A stretch of 64,000 nucleotides of DNA from Piedraia hortae CBS 480.64. Taxonomy: Eukaryota. Within the stretch, counting starts at the first letter, position 1. Every line of letters starts with the position of its first letter. Shown piece by piece: positions 23,416-35,870 of the stretch. The notes beneath the pieces are model-generated. The model saw nothing but the letters and a program-made list of their open reading frames with translations, made no database searches and had not been told where the DNA came from. Position numbers and translations under genes: made by a program. The DNA is taken from NCBI GenBank assembly GCA_010093745.1, contig MU006022.1, forward strand, positions 1-64,000, given 5' to 3'.

Positions 23416-25981
23416 ATGTCTCCAGGAGACGCGACGCGACGCGCCGGCGTCGAGGCAAGAACGAACATGTCGGCGAACAACAGGAAACGCGCGAGGGATG
23501 AAGAAGCAGCTCTGCCTTCCAGTCCTCCACCGGCTTCGTCTCCACCCGTGTTCCCTGCGGACGATGACGATGAAGTGGACGACTTGGAGCCCGAAGATGA
23601 ACTCATTCGCGACATTGATGACGCCGATGATCTCGCCGAAGAGGATGCGGGCATCGACCTTTTCGGAGACAACTTCGACCGCGACTATGAACGGGGCGAA
23701 GAGGCTGGCTATGGCGGACGTGACATTGACGATGAAGGAGAGTATGAGGACATGGATATTGCGCAGCGCCGGCAATTGGAAGCCAGATTAAACAGACGCG
23801 ATCGCGAGTTGGCTAGGGCGCGAAACATGCCGGCTGCCTTTCTGCCAGATGACGAGGAAGAGGTTGCCGAATTGACGCGACAGCCGCGACGGCGGCGGCG
23901 TCGCTACGACGAAGAAGCCGATGACGAAGTTATGATGGATGTAATGCAGGAAGAGCTTTCTCTTGAAGCACTAGCAGACGTAAAAGCCGCCAGTTTGACC
24001 GACTGGGTTGCTCAGCCTGCGGTGCACAAGACAATTGCGCGCGAGTTCAAGAATTTCCTCACCGAATACACCGACAGGCAGGGCACTTCTGTCTACGGGG
24101 TGCGCATTCGTACTCTTGGCGAGCTGAATGCAGAATCGTTGGAAGTCTGTTGGGACCATCTCTCTGAGAGCAAGCCCACGTTGGCCTATTTCCTGGTCAA
24201 TGTGCCTGGAGAAATGCTGCCTATATTCGATGCGGTTGCCATGGAAGTAACCCTCTACCACTACCCAGACTACGAGCGCATCCACAGCGAACTCCATGTT
24301 CGTATTACCGACCTTCCCGTGTCATACACGCTACGGCAATTGCGACAGTCGCACCTGAACTGCTTACTGCGAGTCAGTGGAGTCGTCACTCGCCGTACTG
24401 GCGTCTTTCCACAACTGAAATACGTGAAATTCGACTGTAGCAAGTGTGGCGTGACGCTAGGGCCGTTCCCGCAAGACAGCCAGGCCGAAGTGAAGCTCAG
24501 CTTTTGCCAGAACTGCCAGTCCAGAGGGCCGTTCACCGTGAACGGCGAAAAAACCGTTTATCGCAATTACCAGAAACTCACCCTTCAAGAGTCGCCAGGC
24601 ACGGTGCCAGCTGGCCGCCTCCCACGACATCGGGAGGTTATTCTGCTCTGGGATCTAATCGACTCGGCCAAACCTGGAGAGGAGGTCGAGATAACCGGTA
24701 TATACCGGAACAATTACGACGCGCAGCTCAACAATCGCAACGGCTTCCCTGTTTTTGCCACTATATTGGAAGCAAATCACGTCGTCAAATCCCACGACCA
24801 GCTGGCAGGATTCCGTTTAACCGAGTCCGACGAGCGTGAAATCCGTGCGTGGTCCCGCGAACCTGGCATCATTGACAGAATCATAGCCTCTATTGCACCC
24901 TCCATATACGGGCATGATGATGTCAAAACGGCAGTTGCTCTGTCTCTTTTCGGGGGCGTCAGCAAAGAAGCTCAAGGCAAGCATAGAATAAGAGGGGACA
25001 TCAACGTCCTTTTGCTGGGAGATCCGGGAACTGCCAAGTCGCAGGTATTAAAATACGTTGAAAAGACGGCTCACCGTGCAGTATTCGCAACCGGCCAAGG
25101 CGCATCAGCTGTAGGCTTGACTGCTAGCGTGCGTCGCGATCCGCTCACCGCGGAATGGACTCTTGAAGGCGGAGCTCTCGTTCTCGCCGACAAAGGAACA
25201 TGCCTAATCGATGAGTTTGACAAGATGAATGACCAGGACAGGACGTCGATCCACGAGGCCATGGAACAACAGACCATTTCCATTTCCAAGGCAGGAATCG
25301 TCACAACACTTCAAGCCCGCTGTGCTGTTGTGGCGGCTGCAAATCCCATCGGTGGGCGGTATAACGGTACCCTTCCCTTTTCGCAAAACGTTGAGTTGAC
25401 CGAGCCAATCCTTTCCCGATTTGATATACTTTGCGTAGTAAGAGACACTGTCGATCCGGCAGAGGACGAGAGGTTGGCCGCTTTCGTTGTAAATTCGCAT
25501 GGGCGTGCACATCCCTTGGGCCCAGGAGAGGAGTCCGGCGACAACACCGAGGAGGAGCCACAGCAAAAGCGTCACCGGAATGGCGTAAAGGAACTGCCCC
25601 AAGATATGCTCAGGAAATATATTCTCTACGCAAGGCAACATTGTAGGCCAAACTTGTATCAGATGGATCAGGACAAAGTCGCCCGACTGTTTGCCGATAT
25701 GAGAAGGGAGTCTCTTGCTACAGGGGCCTATCCCATCACTGTAAGCTCTCCGCGATCCGATCTGATGATTGCTGACCCCTGGAACTCAGGTGCGACACTT
25801 GGAATCCATTCTGCGCTGTGCAGAAGCTTTTGCAAGGATGAGATTGAGCGACTATTGCAATTCGAACGATATTGACCGTGCCATCTCTGTGGCAGTCAGC
25901 AGTTTCGTTGCAAGCCAGAAGTTGAGTTGCAAAAAGGCGTTGGCTCGCGCATTTGCAAAGTACACCCTTCGAGCTAGATGA
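23416..25981 (+). CDS. MCM2: DNA replication licensing factor MCM2 (2 exons; intron 25741-25789)
   Basis: Acidic histone-binding N-terminus, C4 zinc finger, LLGDPGTAKSQ, IDEFDKM, LSRFD; PIT|VRHLESILR after splicing. Confidence 0.96.
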
Positions 25982-26100
25982 AGTTGGCCACGGTAGATAA
26001 TTACCCAGAAAGCAATGAAACATACAAGTCTATGATACATGGAAAGGCCACTTTTGCAAGTGTAGTGCAACCTTGAAGGTCTATTCGAACACAATTGCCG

Positions 26101-27477
26101 TTATGCGGGGGGCAATGGTTGTGAGTCTCCCAAGACGGCGTGGAACTTGTCCTTTGCATATCCGCGTGTTGGGTCGTATTGGTCCGGAATGGCTCCAGAG
26201 GCAGAGATCCCTCCGAGCAACACAAACAGTGTAGTCAACACTAGCCCGAAGACAATCACCCGTCGCATGGCCGGGTGTCGTACACCGTATTCGGCCCATT
26301 GGCGCTGGCCTTGGCCGACGTATTCCTTGAGTTTGTCCGCACCCAGTTTATAGTACACCAGTCCGATGAGGGCAATGGAGTAGCCAAATGCTTGAAGCGG
26401 GGAGACGGGATCTCGAAAGATGAGCATTGAAGCCGCCACAAGTAGAATGTCTTTCAGCACTCCGGAGAGAGTCATGACCAAGGATGAAGTTTTGCCAATC
26501 TGATCCCGTTAGCAATATCAAGGGTGATTCTGGCCTACTAACCAGCATCACAACAGCCACATTCAAGGCAAATGCCACCATGGCATTAGACAGCAGTGTA
26601 AAATAGCCCAAGCGCTCAACGTCAGCCAATGCCAGCCGCGGCACTTCGAGAAAAAGTGCGGTTACAGCATTCATGATGGCGCAAGCTGGGGCAAAGTAGT
26701 ACAAGGACACAAGCGGGTCCATCTTGAACTCAGCACCAGACAACAGCCGCTGCACCATTACCAACCGGAGAGCTTCAAAGACGATGCCACCCGCCTGAAA
26801 AAGAACTCCGATCAGCACAAATTTGATTTCTCCGATTGAAGCGATGATGACTCCCAAGACAATGAGCGACACGTTCCCCAACGTCTTGAGCGATGGTTCA
26901 GAGACGCCAAGCAACCACGAGGTGATGAGCACGGCGATGGGCATGGTTGCCTATGAAGATTAGCTTGGTCGTTCTTCTCTTATTGCAGTCGAGCGCACCT
27001 TTAGCATCTGAATGAAAGAGACTGAAAGATAGAGGTATGTCAGGTTTCCGCAGATCAAGCTTAGCGAGAACATTACGCCGATCGGAACGATGGTCCTTAG
27101 GTACACTCGACCTGTCATTGGAACATTTTTCCGGCTGTCCAGTGTAGTAGTAAATCTGGCCATAATCTGGGTCATGAATGTGGCAAATGACAGATGCCAT
27201 GTCGTCAAAATGATAGGAAAATGGAATTTGGCAGTGTCGAGAATCCATTTATTGAACAGAATAACTGAAGAGGACAACGCGATCCAAGCACTGAGCCGTT
27301 AGTACCATGTTGAGATTCTAGTGATACTTCTGATAGTACTTACGCAATGTATACAGCGGCTGGAACGGATGACTTTGGAGGCAGAGATTGCTCGACCTCG
27401 GGATTGACCGTGGGCAGCATGGGGACATCCGGTCCCTGCCGCTCCTGTTCACCCGAGACTCGCTCTTTCTCGGCCAT
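26101..27477 (-). CDS. glfB: UDP-galactofuranose transporter GlfB/UgtA-type nucleotide-sugar transporter (4 exons; introns 27291-27343, 26951-26998, 26500-26542)
   Basis: AWIALSSSVILFNKWILD, FPIILTTWHL, LYLSVSFIQMLK, KMDPLVSLYYFAP, GKTSSLVMTLSGVLKD. Divergent from the UGM gene; glfA and glfB are also neighbours in Aspergillus. Confidence 0.85.
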
Positions 27478-28143
27478 TGGACACTGTCTCTGAGAAGAAG
27501 TGCAGTTAAAAGAAGGGGGTGAAGTGAACGCGTAGCGTTGGAAACCGATTGAGGCAACTTTGCCGAGCAACGAGGGATGACTAAACAGGTGTCATGCAGC
27601 TGTCGCTTGCAATGCAGGGATGGACAGAACAATGACAAAGGGGCGTCAGGATTTAGAAGATTCTTCTCGGCGAGGCTTTGGAGGAAGGATTGCCCGTGTA
27701 GCAGACTCGTTTCGGATTGAGAGCGAGTTCTTCTAGCCTCGCGAAGGAAGGGTTTTAGGGTTTGGGCCTTGCGGTGACACCCACAGCTCTCCCATTGGTC
27801 TGGATGACTGTTGCCACGGATGCCAGACGTGTTTGAATTATGCCAACGTTGTTCGGCACGCGTTTCGCGCATTGTCCCAGCTGTATCTACTATCGCTCGA
27901 CTGTAGATCATGCGGACAGCCTGACAAGGGCAAACCGCCATACCTGTACCCTCGTCGCTCATCAGCAGCTGATCAACTATAGCGACTCAGACGTTAATGA
28001 AAACTCAATCAATCCCCTGACACCCCCCCTCAACGTTACTGTGACCCCTCCTTCCAAGTGCTACGCGGGTTTATTTTGTGATAAACAGCCCCAGTCTTGC
28101 GCTTGAATCTTTCCACCTCACCGCATATCCCACAGCTGCTGCC

Positions 28144-29831
<1,688 letters not shown>

Positions 29832-29983
29832 GCTGGATAGAATCAGAGTAGACTGACAGTGTCACTTGCTTTAGACTTTCATGTGTGCAAATTGCTTTTT
29901 ATAAGTAGGCCACTGCATGTTGTGCCGAGGCCATCATATCATAGCGTCTTTGACCTCTACATCCCTGCTGCAGAGATTCCAAT

Positions 29984-30560
29984 ATGTCGCAAGAGCTCAC
30001 TCTCAAAGAACTGCAGCAACATGACTCGGTTGAAAAAGTGCGATATTCTTCCAGCATACTTGCTCTCATTGCTCCCGTAGTGGAATGCTCACAATGTTTG
30101 ACCTACAGGGCCTCTACATCTGCATTGACAACGTCATATACGATGTGAGCAATTTCGTCGATGAGGTACGTTCCTCTTTATCCCAAAGGCCGGAGATTGC
30201 ATGGCTTCAGTATTTCATGGCCAGTGGGGTGCCGTCGACCCTCATTACTAGAGGCATCAGTCGCCCTTTCCCCCCGCTGTGCTCAATCAAAACTGTGAAC
30301 CAACTCCGAGGCCTATGTCATTCACAGCCCGTTACATGCCTCGCTAACAAGTCTAAGCATCCAGGTGGTGCTAAAATCCTGAAGCGGGTCGGAGGTAAAG
30401 ATGCTTCAAAGCAGTTCTGGAAGGCAAGTTCACGAAACCGGGATTTCCACGGCATCAGTCCACTAATACTGGGCCACAATAGTATCACAACGAGTCTGTG
30501 TTAAAGAAGTACGGCCCGAAGTTCAAAATTGGAACTGTCAAGACGGACGCCAAATTGTAG
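29984..30560 (+). CDS. Small soluble cytochrome b5-like protein with PTS1 (84 aa; exons 29984-30037, 30109-30165, 30358-30423, 30483-30560)
   Basis: Spliced product MSQELTLKELQQHDSVEK|GLYICIDNVIYDVSNFVDE|HPGGAKILKRVGGKDASKQFWK|YHNESVLKKYGPKFKIGTVKTDAKL*. It has the HPGG heme motif and a C-terminal AKL. Intron 3 is GC-AG. Confidence 0.85.
30187..30314 (+). ncRNA. Candidate structured RNA element in cytochrome b5 intron 2
   Basis: Nested complementary segments: AGGCC/GGCCT, GGAG/CTCC, TTG/CAA, CATGG/CTGTG, CAGTGGGG/CCCCGCTG and TGCC/GGCA. The intron is about 4x the local norm. Confidence 0.45.
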
Positions 30561-30708
30561 GCTCGAACGATTGAACGAGCATGTATGCCCACAAACAGGG
30601 CTTCAAGACTGTCATATCATAAAATCTAGAGATCGCAAAGTTTCATACCTCTTGTTAATCGAGCACGTTGTTGCCGCCTCATCTACACTACACTGGGAAT
30701 TGAAGCGC

Positions 30709-32172
30709 TTAAGGAACTAACTGGAGAATCCTACCTGCCGCAATCCACTCATCTTCCCATCGCCTTTTGCTTTCCCTCAACGCACCCTCTCTTAGCCTAG
30801 CTAGTTGGCTTCCTTTACCTCCGAAAAGCTTACGCAGTAAGTCTGCCAGCTCGTCCGCCGTGGTGAAGCCCATTCCATTTTCCCCCTCTTGCACCAGCTC
30901 CGGCCACGCCCTAAATGTTACACCTGCTACCGGAAGACCTGCCCCAAACATGTCTACCACTTTCATCGGCAGGTCGACGCCCGAAGAAGACGTGTGCAAC
31001 GAGATTCCCAGGTCTGCTGATCCCAGCAGCCTCGCATACTCTTCCAAAGGTAAAAAGGCAAGCACGACGATGGTTTCATCCAACTGACCTGCGCTTACAG
31101 CCTGCGCCAGCCTGTATCTGTACTCCTCCTGTCTCGGCCCTTTGCCTGTGATGACCACCCATAAACGTGGTAGTTGCTCACCGTGTTTTCGACTGGCTAC
31201 GTATTTAATTAAAGCATCAAGCAATATTGTAAAATCCTCGTCGGCGGTCCACGAGGTTGAGCTTACTATCAATCTCCAACTGCGTGTTGCAAGGTCAACC
31301 GACTGGCCTTTGAGTTCTGGACGAGTTTGCAAGAACGCACATTTCTCGGCTGAACTCAAGGGCTTGAAGACCTCGGCAGGTCGATCATGAAGAGGTACTG
31401 CATCAACATCCCACTTCTGCTTTAATACTTGCCGCATAGCATCGGTGACCGTCAGATGCGCTGTTGCACTTCGAGAAAAGAAGCCTTCATACCACTGTGA
31501 GAGCCGTACAAAGGGATGGCGAGGCCCCAGTCGCAATGCTAAAATACTATAGCCCAGATTGTGCCAATCAATCACGAGGCGGGTTCTCCGGAAGAAACTA
31601 GTAATCTGTGCTATGGCCAGCGTTGGCAAAGACGGTGGGTTCTGAACTAACAGCCATTTGCTGGGCTTCGTGCGGTAGCCAAGAGCATGATAGAGGGCTT
31701 GAGCTTGCCAAAGGACTTTTAAAGGACCACATATCAGAAAGAGTGCACCAGTCTTTGTTTCAAATGGAAAAGGCGGTAGAGGTACAACGTTGATAAGTTT
31801 GTTGGCATGAATATCGGGGTGGACTTCTGAGTCAACGTAGCCGATCAGATCAACTCTTCCACCATGTCGTGCAATGCTTAGCGCGTGGTACTGCATTCGC
31901 GGGCTGCGACCAATGTCTCCTAGTACTACCACTTGCACTGAGCATGACACTTTCCATAACCCATCATCATCACATCTTCGGCGGTATTCGGAGTATCCGG
32001 ACCGTGCAGATTTTTTATCCTCGTTCGTCCAATCACGTTCGCAATACTCGTGATCTTGATAGAGGTTGTAAGATGATGGCAGGGTGAAGATGAAGACACA
32101 GACAGCGGTTGACACAGTAACAATAAGACTCAACGCTGCCTCCCATGAAGAGATCCACGAATTGGCGCTCAT
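30709..32172 (-). CDS. ALG1: Chitobiosyldiphosphodolichol beta-1,4-mannosyltransferase
   Basis: VLGDIGRSPRMQYHA, QNPPS, IDWHN, SSTSWTADEDF, LHTSSSGVDLPMKVVDMFG. Confidence 0.95.
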   Translation of the reverse strand: MSANSWISSWEAALSLIVTVSTAVCVFIFTLPSSYNLYQDHEYCERDWTNEDKKSARSGYSEYRRRCDDDGLWKVSCSVQVVVLGDIGRSPRMQYHALSIARHGGRVDLIGYVDSEVHPDIHANKLINVVPLPPFPFETKTGALFLICGPLKVLWQAQALYHALGYRTKPSKWLLVQNPPSLPTLAIAQITSFFRRTRLVIDWHNLGYSILALRLGPRHPFVRLSQWYEGFFSRSATAHLTVTDAMRQVLKQKWDVDAVPLHDRPAEVFKPLSSAEKCAFLQTRPELKGQSVDLATRSWRLIVSSTSWTADEDFTILLDALIKYVASRKHGEQLPRLWVVITGKGPRQEEYRYRLAQAVSAGQLDETIVVLAFLPLEEYARLLGSADLGISLHTSSSGVDLPMKVVDMFGAGLPVAGVTFRAWPELVQEGENGMGFTTADELADLLRKLFGGKGSQLARLREGALRESKRRWEDEWIAAGRILQLVP

Positions 32173-32583
32173 GATTCAACAGCTGAGGTTGACGCACACG
32201 TGATGGAGGTTGCTTATACGTTTCATCTATTCTTGGAGGCGGAATGCGTCGAACTGCATGGCTTGGCAGGTAATGCACGTCAGCGACGTTGGTGGTGCAA
32301 CTTCAGGATCCTGAAACCACCTGTAACCGAACTTGGCACCCACTGAAACTCGCGGTAGAAATTATCTGGAGACTGTCTTGGTTGTTCGATCAAATCAAAT
32401 CACTATCGCTGTTCTCCAGAGCTTGCGCTTTGGAATTCAAGCTTCTTCATCACGTTTCTTGAGAGCCACCCACGTGCCAAAGGCGTTCTCCCACCCCCGC
32501 CGTGCGAAACGCACGTCTCCGACGTTCAACCGACACGTGATACTGCTCCGACCTTTCGTCGCTCAGGTTTGCTCGGCGTGGTC

Positions 32584-35013
32584 ATGGCTTCAGGCTATGC
32601 CCTACCTGCAGCCAACCGTCTATACCCTCATCATGGACACAGTCATTCCTTTGGTGGTTCGGCCACATCTACCCACGTCATGCTGGAGAATGGGAGTCTA
32701 CAAATCCCGCAAAGAGATATCGCTAGTCACAACAGCTTAAGAAGCAGCAAACATGCCCGCAGCCTATCTAGCTGGTCCCCCGTAAGGAATACTAGACCAA
32801 GGGGAGAATCTGATCTGGGACGACCGTCAGTGTCTGTGTATAGGCCCACACTGGCGCGGCTCGATAGTGAAGTTCCACCACGAACGCTCTCTAAATTTTC
32901 CATCTCGGAAGCCATTACGGCCCTCTTAATCCCTACGCCCTTTCTTTTAGCGAGTGCGGCTTATTCAGTTATCACACACGAAGAGCTTTCAGGTGGTTCT
33001 CATCCGCTACCGCCATATGCGCGTCTGCAACACGGCGCAAACGGTCGCACCGTCAAACTTCCCCGGCAAAGATTTAGTACTGACTCAGGACTGATTGAGG
33101 CGTGCTCACTAACTTCGGGGACACTGCTGCTGGTCGGCATCGTAGCTCTGATACGAACGAGGAGTCTGCTAGCCGCGCGCGGCAGTAATAACCCCTCCGA
33201 AACCTCGCCGTTCAATGCCAAGTCGGCGCGGTCAATAGCGGTGCGCATACTACCACTTTGGCTGTCATTCTTCGCCGCGGTACAGATTGGAGGGTTACGG
33301 ACTGGTCTTGTCCTTCTCGTGGCTACCTCTGCCGGTCTTGTTGGGGTCTCCAGTTTCAACGATGCTAAACGGTTGATATTTTCGCGGCCGGCCTCCACAG
33401 CTACTCTCGGCCTTGCAGTAGTGCTCGATCTTTCAGGAGTCACGTTTCACGCCCCCACATCGCATCTAGCAGTTGGCTATCTGGCTTTAATTCTTTCTTT
33501 TTATCGGACACCATTACCAATCTATGCTGGGCAGGAGGAGTCTGCTGCTTCTCCATTGACATCAAACAGGCACGAGATTCATCTGACGCTGCTCTCGGGT
33601 ATACTACTGTCACTTGTCACAATGGCGAGTTTGTTGTGGTCGTCAGTTGCACCTCATTTCCAAGGATATACGCTCCTCTTTGGTGCTCTGTCGGTCGCAG
33701 CTATGAGCATCACGATCCTCTACGCTCAGCCACAATCGTTACGTCGGTCGCCTCCAGCTGGACTGGGACTAGGCTGTTTTGGTATGGCATGTTGTGCCTA
33801 TGCATTCTCACCGTCGACGTGGGGCTCAATGTGCAATGTCGGGCTGGCAGCGCTGTCATTTGCGGGGGCTAAGTTTGACATGCGAACAAGATCGAAGCAC
33901 TCACAGACTATCCAACAGAACTCTGGTTTCACGACATTTTTGCTGGACAAGTGTGAACCGGGATCGTTGTGGTACGGGATCCTTGCAGACAAAGACTCAC
34001 GCCGCATTACCTATTACACAACATTGAATTTCGTTTTCATGTTCGTCCAGGCCGTTTACGGGTACTTGTCTGGCTCACTGGGCTTATTGAGCGATACCGT
34101 ACACATGTTTTTCGACTGCTTAGGCCTTGTAGTGGGGTTAATGGCGGCTGTTGTTTCGAAGCGGCCTCCAACGCCTGAGAAGCCATATGGCTGGAGCAAG
34201 CTCAATACACTGGCAGGATTTGGTAATGGCGTCTTTCTTGTGCTGGTCAGCATAGAATTCGTTTGGGAGGCCATCGAGGGCATCATGGGCCAAAAGGAGT
34301 TACGACATGTGCGTGAGCTCCTGGTGGTGTCAGTGGCGGGTTTGTTGGTCAACATGGTCGGTATGTTTGCGTTTGGGCATGCCCATGCCCATGGACACGA
34401 CCATGGTCATGAGCACGGCCATGGTCATAATCACAACCATGACCACCACCACCACCACCACCACCACCACAACAACAACAACAACAACAACGGCCATGGC
34501 CATGATCACACTCTTGGCCACGACCACCATCACCACGACCACCATCATCACCATGATAGCCATGAACATCACAACGAGAACATGCATGGCATCTATCTTC
34601 ACGTTGCTGCGGATGCGGGTGGATCATTGGCCGTTATTGTCTCGACAGCTCTCACGCTATGGCGGCCGTGGTACCTATGGGACCCTCTGGCGACGATTTG
34701 CATTGCGGTGCTGATTGTGGCTGCGGCAATCCCTCTAGTGATGTCTTCGGGACGTAAGCTACTGCTTGTCGTGCCAGACAAGAAGGAATGGGGCATCAAG
34801 AACACGCTTCAGGATCTCGGGGATCTTAGGGGTGTTGTAGGTTACTCCAACCCTCGCTTCTGGGAGGATGAGGAAAGCGGACAACTTAAAGGAACAATCA
34901 ACGTAATTGCTGCGCCGCAAGCGGATGTGGAGGATGTTAGAGGGCGTGTGGATGACTTGATGCAAGAACGTGGGCTAGACCTGGTCATTCAGGTGGGGAG
35001 CGAGCCTGTATAG
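32584..35013 (+). CDS. MSC2: CDF-family zinc transporter, Msc2/ZnT5 type
   Basis: Long multi-TM N-terminus followed by the CDF core (DSRRI, SLGLLSDTVHMFFDC, His-rich loop, NENMHGIYLHVAAD). Confidence 0.85.
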   Translation: MASGYALPAANRLYPHHGHSHSFGGSATSTHVMLENGSLQIPQRDIASHNSLRSSKHARSLSSWSPVRNTRPRGESDLGRPSVSVYRPTLARLDSEVPPRTLSKFSISEAITALLIPTPFLLASAAYSVITHEELSGGSHPLPPYARLQHGANGRTVKLPRQRFSTDSGLIEACSLTSGTLLLVGIVALIRTRSLLAARGSNNPSETSPFNAKSARSIAVRILPLWLSFFAAVQIGGLRTGLVLLVATSAGLVGVSSFNDAKRLIFSRPASTATLGLAVVLDLSGVTFHAPTSHLAVGYLALILSFYRTPLPIYAGQEESAASPLTSNRHEIHLTLLSGILLSLVTMASLLWSSVAPHFQGYTLLFGALSVAAMSITILYAQPQSLRRSPPAGLGLGCFGMACCAYAFSPSTWGSMCNVGLAALSFAGAKFDMRTRSKHSQTIQQNSGFTTFLLDKCEPGSLWYGILADKDSRRITYYTTLNFVFMFVQAVYGYLSGSLGLLSDTVHMFFDCLGLVVGLMAAVVSKRPPTPEKPYGWSKLNTLAGFGNGVFLVLVSIEFVWEAIEGIMGQKELRHVRELLVVSVAGLLVNMVGMFAFGHAHAHGHDHGHEHGHGHNHNHDHHHHHHHHHNNNNNNNGHGHDHTLGHDHHHHDHHHHHDSHEHHNENMHGIYLHVAADAGGSLAVIVSTALTLWRPWYLWDPLATICIAVLIVAAAIPLVMSSGRKLLLVVPDKKEWGIKNTLQDLGDLRGVVGYSNPRFWEDEESGQLKGTINVIAAPQADVEDVRGRVDDLMQERGLDLVIQVGSEPV
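34444..34491 (+). repeat. Coding compound microsatellite (CAC)9(AAC)7
   Basis: Perfect triplet runs encoding H9N7 in the transporter His-rich loop. Confidence 0.95.
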
Positions 35014-35330
35014 TCGTCTTGCGTGTGTAATGGCTGATGTGTTATTATGAATGGGTTCGAATCTTTTCAAGTGTTTTGCTTACTTGAGTGACAGCTCCTC
35101 GTCTTGGCCAAAATCTAATTGTGACTGTATATCCAATGGGCCTTATTCCGAACTCCTTCGGCGATTCATTCCGAGAATCTCGACAAGATCCGGTTCAGCA
35201 ATGTTGTGCTTAAAACGTGTTTACAAATACCTAAATTCGCAAGTTCGGCGAGATTGAAAGGATCTACATGGGGTGCTATATAAGCAAAGATTTTAATTGC
35301 CATATCTCAACAAGATGTTATCAAAAGATC

Positions 35331-35747
35331 TCAGGTCACGGGTTGTGTCTTCTCCCAAGGCTTTCTGCGTTTCTCTGCACGGCTCTCACTCGCCTTTCCA
35401 ACCAATACCGTGTCCGGGATCTCCTTGATGCCGGGAACGGGGCGGCCACATACGACCATGTCGCAAATTTCGGCAAAGCTGCGCCTGTCGTCTTTCTCGG
35501 TGGTGTTGGGACGGCCGTCCTCAACCCACTGTTTATACGCCTCATGATCGACCGGCACTCCATTTTTGCGAGCGTGATAAAAGCATTTTGCGCGCAAGGT
35601 CAATTTTTCGATTTGTGCAGCGTCATGATTGTTCGCAGAACCCAGGATGGAGCGCAGTCCGGATTGGAATTCCGCATCGTCTTGCCATGGGTACTCGTCG
35701 AGCTGTACAAAGACTGTCGTCTGGTCGTGGGGCTCAGTCGCTGCCAT
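35331..35747 (-). CDS. PEX39-like protein (KPWE motif)
   Basis: YPWQDDAEFQSGL, AKCFYHAR, SFAEICDMVVCGRPVPGIKEIPD and C-terminal RRKPWE match the DUF5572/HTH/KPWE architecture. Confidence 0.7.
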   Translation of the reverse strand: MAATEPHDQTTVFVQLDEYPWQDDAEFQSGLRSILGSANNHDAAQIEKLTLRAKCFYHARKNGVPVDHEAYKQWVEDGRPNTTEKDDRRSFAEICDMVVCGRPVPGIKEIPDTVLVGKASESRAEKRRKPWEKTQPVT

Positions 35748-35870
35748 GTTTTGTATTACCAAGCAGGAGCGGGGTATGGTGGGGGGGGGAGAAGTGGTGG
35801 GTTTAAAGGGCTTTCCTTCGTTTCTACTCGGCTCCAACTTGTCAGCTCTCAACAACTGCAACTGTCAATC

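Noticed and set aside
30215..30235. Iron-responsive-element-like CAGTG
   Set aside because: Flanks do not form the 5-bp IRE stem with a bulged C; the CAGTG pairs better in a long-range stem
34307..34714. Poly-Thr, poly-Val and poly-Cys/Gly ORFs
   Set aside because: Alternate-frame and antisense shadows of the His-loop repeat
35030..35075. tRNA-like GGTTCGAATC T-loop motif
   Set aside because: No acceptor stem, D-arm or anticodon arm can be built around it
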